This document shows, in pieces, positions 10,754 to 24,109 of a stretch of 64,000 nucleotides of DNA. Within the stretch, counting starts at the first letter, position 1, and every line of letters begins with the position of its first letter. Made by a program: the position numbers and the translations under genes. Source of the stretch: Podospora anserina (taxonomy: Eukaryota); assembly GCA_017654855.1 (NCBI GenBank), contig CM030333.1, positions 744,001-808,000 on the forward strand, written 5' to 3'. The notes beneath the pieces were generated by a model. It was not told the origin of the DNA. It did no database searches and worked only from the letters and a program-made list of their open reading frames with translations.

Positions 10754-13700
10754 TCTTGGGGCTTACTCATAATTTTTGAGGATTGTTGTGTGTTGTTTTC
10801 TTTTGGGAAGGGGAGTGCTAGTCAAACGGGGAGACAAAATGGTGATGGGGAGGGGCTGGCTGGTGATTCATTGCGAAAGAGAGGGGGTGCTCTGGCAGGA
10901 TCTCTAAGCTCTTTTCATTCAGAAGAGAGGGATTATCTCCTTTTTAATACTCTGCGGTTGAGTTTTCTATTGCATAGCGCGATATACCCTGGGATTTTTT
11001 CCGGTGCATTGAGGCATTCGGATGGAGGTGGGGAGGCGTCTGGGGTTTGCTTTTGCGCGCCACGCAGCATCATACAGAGAGATTTTTTATTTACAAAGAC
11101 AGGGATTGCGTTTGTGCTTGCTACCTACCTATGTGATGCGCTCAAGAGTGACTGTTTACCTATGTTTGTGTGATGTTGCCCACACTGGTTTGTTTCTATG
11201 AGAAGGGGAGGGGTGTTGGCCTTGTTCGGGTGGGCTGCTATGGGGAGGGGAGAGTTAGGGAAGGGAGAATTGGGGAGGAGAGAGTCGGAGGGGAGAGAGT
11301 TGGGGAGGAGGGTGGGCGACTTGACATGGTCCAGGCGGTTGTGGAGGGGGCCGGGGGGAAACTTGGGATGGTATGGAAGGGAAATAGCAAGGTGGCTAGA
11401 TTTTAAGTGTTTTGGGATAGAAAGTGAGACGAGAGGAGGAGGTACAGTGCGGGCATGTGATGATCGAGATTGGGATGGAAGTCAAGGGAATGAGAGAAGT
11501 CGAGACGGGGCAGTGGTTGGGTCACTGGGACAGAAGATTCAAGGTCGGGTTGGGCAACATGACATCTTTGTGACGTGCTCGAGGTGGGCGAGCAAGATGC
11601 CTACCTCCTCAATGGCCAACTCCAGGTGCAAGGCACGGGGCTGGAGGGTTGGTAGTGTGACATCTACACTCTCGGTGAGAGCTCGGGGGAGCTCGCTGGC
11701 AAGGATGTGGGAGGGAGTGGTTGGGATGGCAGTGCTTCATGGTTAGGATCTGGGGCTGATGTCCAGAATCGCGGGAGAGGGGTAGAGGAGGAGTTACAGC
11801 CAGACCAAACTGGAGGAAGGGCGATCGACAGTCTAGATCTGAGGGGGGTGTCGGACCGATGATGTGAGTGGTATGCGGGTAGATGGGAGGGTTTCCCAAA
11901 GCACACTGCGCCTCCGTATGGAGGTTGCTTTTGGGTCTGGCAGGTTTGTTTCAGATGATAGCTTACTTTGTTAGATTTGGGTTTTGGGGGTGGCAAGGCT
12001 GGTGAGATGAGATGACGCCTTTAGGCCGGCTGAGAGGTGGCCGAGGGTTTCAGGAAGAGGGGTGGGTTGTTCGTTACCGGTCTGTCGGGAGGGGAATGAC
12101 TCGCGGTCGGAGGGGGAATAGGGAGGTTGGGATGCGAGTTGCAGGGGAAAACTGGAGAGAAGCGGAGTTGTAAAACGATGAGATTGGTGGTGCGCTAGCT
12201 ACACACGATGGATCCAATGGGTTGGTGGTATGTACCTAGTTTATTGCTAGAATGGGAATGGATGGTGAGGGTTGTGGCTGGCATTGGTGTTAACATTGAC
12301 ATTTGACAGCTGACGGGTTGACGTGCGTAGCGGCCCGTTGAATGGACTGAGCTTAGCCTCTTCTAGAAATGAGGGACATGAGAAAGAGTTGTGGTATTTT
12401 CTGTGTTTTAGAGCTGCCCAAAGGCTTTGTTTATTTATTGGCTTTGGAGATCTGTTGTAAGTGGCAGGATGCTTAGGGGTTGATATGGCTCCATTGGGAT
12501 ACCCACCAACTTTGACACTGGACGTAAAGAACCCTTTCTGGATGGTGTGTGACCTTTGGAGATTTGGAAGTATATAGGGCAAAGACGAGATGTTGGGATC
12601 AACTGTCAGTACTTGTCATCCGATGTCTTGGAATACACGTGGTAACTTCAACATGTATAATCTTGGTATTGACTTGATGCTGTTATTCTTTTTGTGGATC
12701 TAGCCACATCTTGCAAGTGACAAGTACCTACCTAAGCCCTGGGAGTAAATAACAATTCAATGTCTGTCCGGTAAGTGCTCACAGGCACTGGTGTTTGGCG
12801 TGTGGAGTGCTATGTGAGCGGAGGTTGGCGCCACTTCTCACCACGATGCTGGAAAAGTATCTTGATCAATGAGATGATATTCTCCCAGTCCCTGAAGCCG
12901 TACTACCCATCCCATCCATCAGCCAGCTCCCGCCGTGTAGCCGCCCTGAACACAGATATCTCACCAAGGATCACAACACACATGCACTAAATACCTTTTT
13001 GGTACCTTCCGGTATCTTTTCTCCCATTTGCGGTCGGAGTGGCCGTTTGTCACGTGCGACTAGTGAACCAAAAAGAACAGGCACCAAATGTGGCTTCCCG
13101 CCCAGTGCCTGGGCAAAGGCAAGCAACCTTATTCAGATTGACTGTGAGGCCGTTTGCTTCAAGCTTGTTCAAGTCCTTTTGGTCTGTCCGGCATTTGTTT
13201 ACATGCATTGATATGAGTCAACGGGGAGATGTCTGCTCGTTCCGATAGGTTGGCAAGTTGCTTTCTGAAGTGTTGAGGCTCATGCATTCCACAAGCCCAC
13301 CACAAGCTTATGTGGCTTGTCTGTTCGTTTGGTTGCGGTGGAGGAGAGGTTAGCAACGGAAAACACCGATCAAGCGTGGATTAGGGCGCCAGACTAAGGT
13401 AGTAAGAACCAGAAAGATAAATAACGGGACAGATATCTATGTGGCTGTTTAGGTTCTTTCGCCTCTTTTCTAATGCTGGCTGTTACGCTGTCAATCGGTA
13501 GCAAGTAAATACCTTACCTAACTTAGATATCAACACTAAGATATTTTCCAAGTGCATCTGCTGTTTTGCCTTGCAACTTTCATCTTCAACCCTGGTCCCT
13601 TGTCCCTCGTCCTTTCCTGCCCTCTGCCGGAGACGCACAACAGGCAGGCGCACAACACCTCAAAGCTACGGTCGTACTTGCTTGTGATCTGCTCAACTGG

Positions 13701-14070
13701 CTACACCTGCCAGCTAGGTAGATACGAGGGCTCCCAGTCACCTAGCTCCAGCACCATCAGCGGCATCAGCCTTGTTTTAACTGACACTGTCCGCTGGCCC
13801 ACCGGTGTGCCGTTCCACGAGGCCTCACTCATTCTTGTCCTCGCTCTATTGTTACCGCACGCCTCGTTACCATTCTCAGCTCTATTTTCCGGCCAAGGAT
13901 ACCAGTCCTGCTGTCAACAGTGCTAACCTGCATATACTTTCTATAGAGGAGGTTCACGGCGGTATAAACACGACAACCCAAGTCGACCAGGCTTTCCCCC
14001 AGCTGTCTCAACTGATTGGACTGCGACTATATCATTCCGTTTGCACGCACCCACCACGCACATCCTGTTG

Positions 14071-14102
<32 letters not shown>
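14071..14102 (+). repeat. (CT)n microsatellite upstream of the CCCH gene start
   Basis: Uninterrupted CT dinucleotide run. Confidence 0.9.
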
Positions 14103-14104
<2 letters not shown>

Positions 14105-14229
14105 CTCCCGGGGGGGCAGTGCCGGCATTGTTTCCTTTTGGATTTGATTTGATCAGTGTGTGCTGTCTCCGCCATTTGTTTTTGTTCTGTACTGTTTCCT
14201 TTGACTTCCCGAGCTTCTCTGCTTTTTCC

Positions 14230-15491
14230 ATGTACACGCCTTTGGCTGATGCGAAAGCAGGGTTCTCCGTCAACGCAATGTCTGGTGGTAACCTGCATCA
14301 ACAGCAGCCTGACTGCAAGCAGCCTAGGCCTCATTGGTTCGCTGGGGAGCTTTCATCGCCTTCCGTGGCATCTTCTGGCCGCTCTCTGTCATTGACCAGT
14401 CTTGAGTCCGTTTCTTCTCTTGATAGTGTGTCAGAATCGGCCTTGAAGACACCAACAGCACCGGCAAACTGGCGTGCTGATTCCAACGAGACAAAAGAAG
14501 CTGCAGGCACGACCGACCAAGTAGTAAATAAGCCAGGCAGGCGTCACAACTTTCGTCAGGGCTCTCCATCTTCTCTGTTCACCAGTTCTGGTGCTGCGAC
14601 TCCGACATCGTCTCATCGCATCCCTTCGGTAGTGAACCCAACTTCTCAGAACGCGGGTATTCATGCGCCAAAACCCTCTGTTGAAAGGGGACGACACGAA
14701 GAAGACCCTGCTGGCAGTTGCGGAGCACGCGATCCTGACTGTTTTGATTCGGTTAGTGGTGTTGGGTCAAGGCTCGACACTGATGGTGAACAAGGCCACA
14801 GAGGTACATACCCCTCTTGCACACATGTTCCTGATGCAGCTTACTGACCTGTAACTGCAGCTCACGAGTTCTCTTTTGTTGACGATAACAGCCTGAAGGC
14901 ATCTTCAGGGCTTGTATCACCTAGCTTTTCCCTCCAAGCTGGATACAGGAGAAAGTATTCACATGAGCGTGACAGAAAAGCCCATATTTTGCAGCAGTTT
15001 GAGAGTATCAGAGGTGTTTGGCCGTCGGATTCTGTAACTGGTTGGTGTACCCTGCTTCTAAACGACGACGCCAGTATGCCTGACTGATGATCATAGCTGC
15101 GTCGCACAATACAAGCGGATCCAGCCTCCTTTTCAAAGCTCCCATCGCAAAGAACATCGCCGAGATCAAATCTAAGCTCGCGTTCGCTGGGCTTCTTGCC
15201 TCAACGGCCCTTTCTCAGCCAGCAGACAGGCACAACTACACCACCCCCCGTCCTCCTTCCCCGAGTATCGGCTCGGACACTACAATAAGGGCGGCTCCGC
15301 ATCAGCTGACCACGTATTCCGGCCAATCAATAGAGGTCACATCACCAGCAATACAAACAACAGGCAGTGCCCCGAACACCTCCGAGCCATTGTCCTCCGT
15401 TCCGGACCCACTTTCCGAAGGCATAAATATCTCCTTCGGGCAGCTCCCGAACTTGAACTCAGATTCCTCTTTTTCTTTTGATGAGCAGCAA

Positions 15492-15562
<71 letters not shown>

Positions 15563-17638
15563 AAAATCGTCCAAGCATCTTGAAAAAGAAGAAATGTCTG
15601 GCTCCGTCGCGGGTAGCGTTGGCGCTGGCGAGCAGATGCGTCTGTCTGGTGGTTTGAGTGGAAGAGGGCAGCTTGCTGCCAGCACTGCCGGCCCCTTTGG
15701 TGGTCGCGCGAGAGGTACGTTTTTTTTTCCATTCATCTGTGTTAGTAGGTGTGTTTTGGAATTCATATACTTTCTCTTTTCTCTTTTTTCTTTTGCTTTT
15801 CTTTTCCTTTTCTTTTCTTTTGCTTTTTGCGTTGTCTCTGCTATGGTTGTTGCACCGGTTGAATTTGTCTTCACTGGTAGAAACACAAGCTCTAACATGC
15901 TTCCAGGCATTGACAACTGGCGCCAGCGAGCGCAGTCCCCGCCCCAGCCCAGGACCGGCAATGGTATATATCTATTCAGCCTCAATCATCTGAGCCAAGC
16001 TGATCAGTATATAGATACAACCTCTTCTCCTTCTCTGGGCGCGGTCCTTGCTCCCGCCAATGGCAACTTTGCTGCTGGCCCCTCCCAGGGGTACAACCCT
16101 GGCTTCTCTTCGCCTGTTGCGCCGCGCTCTCCCACCTTGGCGTCTTTTTCTTCTGCCCCGACCCGCCCCGCCGTCCTGTCCCCTGCTGCCCGGCAGCAGT
16201 TCACTCCTTTCCCCGGCCCATCCGCCGTCACCGGCATCTTTTCGCCTGGCACTCCGACCATCTCTGCCGGTCTCAGTTTTGGTGACTTTGCCGGTGGCTC
16301 CGGCTTCTCGCCCGTCGGCTTCTCTGGTGCTGCCAGCTTTGTCGACCCGTCTGGTTTCGCCTCTCTGTCGCTCTCTGACCCCGCGGCCGCCCGCCAAGGC
16401 CAGCTCGCCCATCTGCGAATGATGGGTGATGCTGGGACTGGCAATCTTTTCTCGCCCCCGACATCCCAGCCCCGGGGGCTGTACGGAGTCCCTTCGTCTT
16501 CTGCCGGTGGTGGTGGCTCGGCCACGACCCCAACCACGACCGCTCCCCCGGCGATCCCCGCCCCGCGCCCCCAGAACTGGGATCTGGCTCAGTACCAGAG
16601 CCAGTATCTGGTCACCATCGGCCCTGATACCCAGGGATACTGTTTTGTCCGCCCTGACGGCAGCCGGACCCGACTGGTGCCCGTTGACATGCTCCCATTC
16701 TCGCTCGTTGGGCTTCCGCCTTCGGAGAACGACAATGACAAGCTGATTGAGTTGGTGATTCCCACCGGTATGGACCGACTCTGCAAGAATAGCAATATTG
16801 AGCGGGCGGTTGTTCAGGTACGTTCCATTCTAGTGTTTATTTACTTGCCCCTTTTCTTGTTGGGTGGGTGACGGGTGATGGTCTGTGCACTCAGCCCTCA
16901 ACCCCCACCAACCCTAGCCCGTCACTGCTCTCTTTCTCCTGCCTGATGCTGACTTTGTGAACAGTCCCCCCCTAATCGCCATCAAGACCCCATCCAGGTA
17001 AGCAGTTTTCCTCTCTTTTTCCTCATAATCACCTGGAGATCTCTCCCGCCCATCCAGCCCAATCCAACTGAGACTCGTATCAGAACCGTATTGACCATAT
17101 CCTGCTCGCGTCTGATCCTCAGGCTTCTTCTGCTGCCGCCACTACCGGTTCCGGTCCGACTTCCCCTTCTGCCGCACAGCCTAGAAAGATCAAGGTCTAT
17201 TGCGACAAGTGGGTTCACGAGGGCACCTGCGCGTTCACTCAACAAGGATGCAAGTACAAGCACGAGATGCCTATGGACAAGGCCACACAGCACAGTTTGG
17301 GGCTGTTTCATGGTTTGCCTACCTGGTGGAAGAAGAGGCAGGCAGAGCTGTCTCGCGAGAGCGAGCGGGGTCCTCTGGAGCGCGGTGGGGGTGTTTCCGT
17401 TGGTGGAAGGTTTGCTACGGGCGGTTCTGGTGGCGTCACCGGCACTGGCGCTGGCGCCGGTGCTGGTGCTGAAGGTGGTCACAGACGATATGGTTCGAGC
17501 TGGTCGCGCTGGGACAGTGGGAGTGGTGGAAGTGGTGTGGGGAGCGCATCTGGTATGCGCCGCGGTTCTTCTTCTACTGGGAGTGAGTCTGGTTTCCATT
17601 CTACCAACTGGAGAGAGCGTAACCCGGCCCCGGGGTAA
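14230..17638 (+). CDS. Low-complexity polyQ protein with a C3H1 (CCCH) zinc finger, probably RNA-binding; about 7 exons
   Basis: The last exon from 17084 reads KVYCDKWVHEGTCAFTQQGCKYKHEMP (C-x8-C-x6-C-x3-H), then GLFHGLPTWW. Phase-consistent introns at 14804-14860, ~15040-15096, 15715-15906, 15964-16014, 16818-16964 and 16998-17083. The true start and 3' end are uncertain. Confidence 0.7.
15485..15563 (+). repeat. (CAACAG)n coding repeat giving a ~26-residue polyQ tract
   Basis: Directly visible hexamer repeat, in frame with the ORF. Confidence 0.9.
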
Positions 17639-19320
17639 TGAGCAGATGGTGTGGTTTCTTTTTGTTGCTGGCCTAATCTGAAGGTGGTGCGGTTGGCGTT
17701 TTCGTTTGCTTATATAAAGAAGAATACCCCGCGGTATAGTATATACCCCAAGCGGTTTGAGAGCGTTGAAGGGGTGTGGGCGATTGGGCGGGATGTGATT
17801 AGGTGTCTGCGAGTGCAGTTGTAGTTGTGTACTGACCGAGTGAATAATGTGGTTTTTGGGATGTTTGTGTCGCTGGTGAAGTTTCATCAGTGTGTGGAGA
17901 TTGTGGAGGGGGTACAACCGCACGACAACCCGAAAATACGACTTCGTCAACGGCCTTTACGACCAAGTAATCCTCCAACTGCTTGTCACAATTTTGCGCC
18001 CTGCATCGACTACCGTCTCTGTGATCCTTCTTCAACATCTCAATTTGCTTGACTGGTATTATGGACATCATACCCTCGCAACACCAAGAGTCCACCGTCT
18101 TCGACATTCATGGAGACATTCGACTGCCGGATGTCTTCTGATCTCCTCAAGACCGCGAGAAATATTCGCCAGCCTGATGTTTCAATCGTTAGTTACCAAG
18201 TCGACTTTTACTTCCCAGCGGAAAGCATGGTCAAACCTGCTTGGAAAGAGCAACTTTGTGGAAGATCGCAGTTCGCCAGACTTTTTGTCAATGGAATGAG
18301 AAGTCTTTGTCACAGCTCTTTACACAAATCAAAATTTCTGTCCCCTTCTTTTCTGGGGTATTATTAGGGACGCGATTATCGGAGAGGCAACACAAAGTTT
18401 ATCACTGGAGATTACTTTCTCTCGTCACCTCTACACTATCTAAGCTTCGACCGTCTCAGTCTAGACGAGCTTTTGGTTAGTTGTTGGACATCTCGACGAC
18501 CACATCCTCCCATCGCTATAACAACACTATCAAGATCACGACGAAGATGAACACGTTCTGGGGTGGGCTAGTCATGGTCCTGGCTGTCCGATCCCCGAGA
18601 GGCATGTTCCAGTTCAACTTTGGCATGTGTTTGTCACGGATAGCTGAGGTGGTTTATTTGTCTGTTATTATTGCGTCTAAGGTGACGGTGGGCTTGGTTG
18701 CCTCGGTTTAATCCGCCCAAGTGGGCGGTTTGATGGATTTGTGGCTTTGATTTCGTTTTTGTTTTTTGGAGTACGAGTGTACTATTTATCACAACGCACA
18801 CACCTCGGTCACTTTTAAGACCCAAAGCTAACTTGGCTATAGACCACCCGCCTCCCAACTTTGGTCCTGTCGGCTCAGAGAGACGCCCTGGGCCTATCCG
18901 CCACGGCGAGGTCAATGATGAGGATTCGGAGAGGAATTCGGTTGTGAGTGAGGGGAGGAGTGTTACGGGTATGATGATTATTAGTCCTGGTAGGGCTTGA
19001 TGGATATGAGAACAAGAAATAGGGCGATGATTTGATGACGATAAAATGGGTTTGGAATTGCATGGAAACAAGGATCAGTATGGAATATGTTCAGAAAATA
19101 TGGGTTATGGATGATGGATTACGGGGAAATGTTTTGTGGGTTTTTGTTGACGTTTTCTTTTTGCTTATATTTTCTATCTTGGAAGCATTAAATAGCTTTG
19201 TGCTCACGCATGGGAATAGTTTGGGAGATGTGTATGTTAGGGTAGTTGACATAGAGTTTAAGTTCTCTGATTTTGTGAGGTTTTGGCCATTGGGGTGAGG
19301 TGTGTTGTGGTGTGGCGTGG

Positions 19321-19373
19321 TGTGGTGAAGGTGACTCTGGAATGTGTGGTGAAGGTGACTTTGAGATGTGTGG
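19321..19373 (+). repeat. 24-bp tandem duplication TGTGGTGAAGGTGACT(C/T)TG..ATG
   Basis: Two adjacent near-identical copies plus a partial third. Confidence 0.8.
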
Positions 19374-21938
19374 AGTTTTGAAGGTATGTCGTGGATAAGG
19401 CATTCAACAGGATCCGTGCTGTTTTGGCTGCCCGCTTCACAGCGACATGAAAAAGAACAGCCCAAAGTTGGATTAACTCACCCGTTGTTGACTTGGACAC
19501 ATCCACTTTGGGAGACAAGAAGCACCCATAAATCTTATAATTTGAGTCTTCGACGTCCTGTATCCATTTACTGACGACCACCGTATTCCGGCAGCTCTTT
19601 CCATGACATATAATATCTATCAACAGATAGCCAGTGTAAGTGAGTCGCAAAAACTGTGACGTGATCTGTCCTACGTGAAGACAGTCTCTACTATCGAACC
19701 TAAAAACCACCAAGTCAAACGCCCCTTCCCCCCCTCCCAACCAAGTGTCATCTCCTATACCCACCCCGCATACGGGCTCACTCTTATTGTACGATCCCAC
19801 CTTTGACCGCATAAGCCCCCCTCTGCCCTTCTGCACAGCTAGGATGTCGTGCTAACATCAGTTATCAATATCTTTTCTCCCTCGCTCGCCTCGACGCACT
19901 TCCTTGTTTCGAGATCCCAACATAATCTCAACGGACGGAGACTTGACGAGAGTTGAACCGGCTGGCTCCCCGCACTCCTCGAGGTACTGTACACCCCTTC
20001 CTCTGTTGCGCTGCTGTCCCGCTATCAACAGCCGAGGAGAAAGAGGGGAGCATCGCTTGCTCTCGCTCCTCGAGCGTACTGTACACTCTCTTTTCTCCTT
20101 CCTCCTCTTATGTTCCCTCCAGCTACCGCGTCGTGACCCAGCTACCGCTCGCGGGCGCTGCTGCTTTCCACCATAAGAGGAGGAGGGCGGGAGGAGAGCT
20201 TCGACGTGGTGGACAAGGGGGAAGGGAGGGGAAAATCAAGGAGGAGGGTCGAGCGGGGGGCTGCTGGGGACAGGTCGGTCATCGTGGTGAATGATGGCCA
20301 TGGTTTGGCAGAGGGCAAGTGTCGGAAAACTTGTAGCGGTCGTAGTTGTAGTCGATGGCTGCCAGGGTTCCCTTGATGGCATACTAGGCCGTGGTGGGTG
20401 TTTATATCGGAAGGTTCTGTGGGACAGGCGGACGGCCCGACGGCTTCAGCAGTGTTTCGAGAGGGAGTGGAGTAGTTGTAGTTGTCGTGAACGAGGGACG
20501 GCACGGCTGGAATGGGTGATGGAGGGGTGGGTTGGTGCGAGTGCTGTGGTTGTGATGTGTCTATGATGGTGGGTGGGTGGTTAAAATGGGTGGGAATAGT
20601 CGAGTGAGTGATTGACGGTGAGATGGGTGTAGAAGTGGAAGATGGGTACAAAAGTGGAAGTCGGGTGCAGAAATGGGAGCGAGGTGGCATGAGTCGAAGA
20701 TCACGAAGTGCTCAACGACCAAGCATTAGCAATTAAAGTCTACAAACACGACCAACACCACAAATAAACAAGGACAGACCAATCAAGAGCCCCAACAACA
20801 CTGACCCACCCCCCAACACCCCCCAGACACAACTCATGACCAACCCAACCCCCCCTCCAACCCTTCATATAGAATGTCCGCATTCTTCCTCCCAACCGAA
20901 GCAAGTTGACCCTCGGCGTGGTCAAGTGGTCAGATTGTGGTAGGTTAGGATAGTTTCTCACACCCAGGGCGTGGTCTTGGGGCACAGTGAGTTCGATCCA
21001 AACTCGGGCAAAAACCCCGTGGGGGTTTTTCCGGACGAGGTAAATTGCCCCCAGCGTGGTTGGGGTTCAAAGCAGTTGGTCGTCTCTTTTTTTGACATTT
21101 TATCCATTCTATCTGATTCACTTATCTATAAAAAAGTGCAAGAGAAGCCACTAAATCGTGTGCTTTGTTCGGTAAGTGAGGTGTTGCTATGGTGGTGGGA
21201 GAGCAACTTTGCCTGCTGCTTGAGGTTTTGACTGTCCATCACAATTTTCACAGTTCGCACACAAATAAGACGGAGAGCAACAAGGAATTACATTGGGCAT
21301 TTTTTGACCGAGGTTATCATGGCCAGTAACCTGTTCAAGAGTACTTTTTATCAAGGTGGTTGCTGCTCAAGGTCGTCCAGATGGAGTTGGCGACTTTCTG
21401 CTTTATTATGACCGGGCACTTTACCAATCTCCTGCCATTTCTCATAGAATCAGTTGATAAACATGCTATCTAATGCTACACAGTGCTCATCATCTGATTA
21501 AGGAGCACTTTCGACTAGAAAGCTATTGCTTTAGGTGGTCGAATGGATATCGCGACTTCCTTCTTTTATTTATTAGCACACATCAAACCCACTCCTGTTA
21601 TTGATTATCAACCTATCTAATTAATATACTGCCTGCAGCTGCAAGGTGTTGTTGGTCTGGTCAAGAGGCACATTCTTCCATGATGCTTGCTGCTTGAAGT
21701 TGTTGACATGCATACTACGACTTTCGACCTCATTCTTCACTAATCACAATGTTTCCGTTTAAATTCACGATTAATAGCATAATTCCACTTGAAAATAGAG
21801 TCCATAATCTCTTGCTATTGCTATCCTCAAACCTTACCCATAACCAGCTGTCTTCTAAAGCAGCCTACACATACCCTCTCCAACGCCATTGCTCAAAAAC
21901 TATGCTTCATCCCCTTCCAAAATCATTTCACCAGGCTT

Positions 21939-23517
21939 CTAGCCGGCCACAATCCCCGTCATCAAATCCTCATCCTCCACCACATCCCCAAAACCCGTCA
22001 CATCCACCGGCCCCCCACCCTGACTCTGCCCTTGCTGCTCATGCTTCTTCTGCTGCGCCAACCACTTCAGGTAATCCTTGTTACTTGCCAACCTCTCATT
22101 CGTAGCCTTGACCACCGGCCCCAGCGCCTTGATCCTCTGCGCAGTCGCCACCATCCTCCTCGTGAACTCTTCCTCGCTCAAGTCATCCGCCGTAGAGCTA
22201 AACGCCAAATACGCCAGGCCATTCTCTGGGTGCACCACCTCCCCTTGCAGGAGGCCCTCGTCAATCATTCCCTGGACCAACGCCTCGATCTCCTGCACCG
22301 ATCCCAAGGGCGCAGCCGTCTCGGCGGATTGTGTTCGAGTCCGTATTTGCTCGAGAGAGATTCTGGAGTAGACATGTCTCAAATTCAAAATCTGCCACTT
22401 CTGATAGTGCTCAATCACCAGCTTCAGAAGAGAAACATTCTTCTCCTCGTCCCAGAAACCCTGAGACAGCCCTTCGTATTCCGTCTTGAAAGATTCCGCT
22501 GTTCGCTTCTCAAATGCCTGCGCCAACGAGTAGTATGGTTTGCCCGTAACCTCGTAGACTTTTCGTGGCCCGTTTGGCGTGGTAGGTGGGAGAACAGGTG
22601 CCTTTCCGTTGAGCAAGAGTCCAACCAAAACCCACTTGCTATAGGCTTCCACTTGAATTTTGCTCGCGTTGGTGTTGTCTCTGGATGGATAGGTAATCAC
22701 CCGCTCAAAGGCATCGAAAGCTTGCTGCCAGGATCGTCTCTGAATAAAGCAAAGCCCGCGCAGGAGGTCATGCTCGAGGATGTCTTTGTTCTCCAAGGAT
22801 TTGGTGAAGTCGTTTTCGACAGTAATAAAACCCGAGGGAGGAAGATCGGGATCGCTAAGATTTCGAGTGCTTGTCGAGCCCTTCATGCCAGGGTAGAACA
22901 CGATGCTCTTCTCGATGATGGGCAACACAGGCTCGATGTTGTTGGTCATGTAGGCAAATCGGACGAGGTAGGTATGGTGGCTAGTGAGAACCGACCCGGT
23001 GGGATCGAGGCGGAGAAGCGCTGTGGTGATGAGTTCGACCGCAATGGAAGCCTAAGACCGTCATAATCAGCAGGCGACAGCTACAGAATCAGCAGCAAGA
23101 ACCTACAGGAAACAAATCCTGCAGCCGTGGCTGTGTTAACAGCTTTGTGAACGCATGCCCAGCATATCGAATCTGGCCGGCGTCGAATGATGTGAGGAAG
23201 GTGGTGAGCTTTAGCAACAGGTCGTCGAGAGGGTAGCCATTCGACGATTTCAAGGTCTGCAGCACATAGAGGTAGGATAGAGAATGGGTAGCTGGATCGA
23301 GTCGCTAATTTCATGTTAGCAACATCAGATCTATTGCCCAGATCTGCAAAAACAGGCATACCTCAATGAGCTGGGGAGCTTCCGAAGCCCACTTGGAGTC
23401 GGCCGACAACCTCGTCAATGTCTTCGTGTGTGCTTGCGCCGCCTTGTGGTATTCCTCATTATCCCCAAGCTGCCCCGCCGACGGGAAAGCCACAAGCGTC
23501 GCGAGTGTTGATTCCAT
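21939..23517 (-). CDS. CSN3: COP9 signalosome subunit 3 (PCI domain)
   Basis: Exons 23517-23362, 23304-~23107 and 23051-21939. Motifs FDAGQIRYAG, LRLDPTGSVLTSHH, VEAYSKWVLVGLLLNG and a PCI-like LRHVYSRISL...IEALVQGMIDEG. Confidence 0.8.
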
Positions 23518-24109
23518 CGGATTAATATGTAGCACTTTCTGAATGGGACAGTCGGTCGGCCGTGGTGCTGATGGGATGGACGCTTTCGATGAGGACGGCG
23601 ATGGACGAACGACCCCTCCTAGCTGTGGTCTCCCCAATTTCGCTCTTGTATGGGTGTCTCGAGTGGCGTCAAAGGCCAGCAAACTGCGGCCAAGTTGTAG
23701 CTGAAAGGAAGGTCGTGTTAAAACAGCTCGATATCGGCGCGGGTTGTTGTCAGTGGTTCAGCGCTCCAGATTCCAGACGTCAAGGTAGGGTTGGGTTAAG
23801 CTCCCCGCCATTGAACATTGACGTGGGGAAGGTGCCTAGCTCAGCTCCACCACCGGCAAGGCTGCAGGGGTATGACACAGTGCGCTCCTCGTCATTCTAG
23901 GCAACTCTGCACTGTGAGTAACCATTGTGGTGCTCCCGGGTCCAGTCAAAAAAAGATGTAAAGCATGGAGCTATGAAATCGGGATGGTATTTGCAATTGC
24001 ACCAATACATGGTCACTCTACAGAATAGGCCAACATGAACAACAGGCAAATCCCTCTCTAATACATATTAACCTCCCCGTCGCCTCGCTTCAACGTCCAC
24101 TGAACAACA

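Noticed and set aside
11100-12250. Several short ORFs on both strands in a G-rich tract
   Set aside because: No ATG-initiated consistent exon chain and no motif. Best explained by compositional skew downstream of Mit1.
19805-19825. GGGGCTTA on the minus strand resembling the RNase MRP/P 3' conserved region
   Set aside because: No matching upstream GAAAGTCCCC-type partner was found.
21010-21030. AAAAACCCC-GTG-GGGGTTTTT hairpin resembling a bacterial terminator
   Set aside because: Eukaryotic context, low complexity and no associated gene.
21789-23066. 425-aa plus-strand ORF
   Set aside because: Antisense shadow of CSN3. The same applies to the long shadow ORFs over MRM1, Mit1, RPA1, the CCCH gene and the 55-kb gene.
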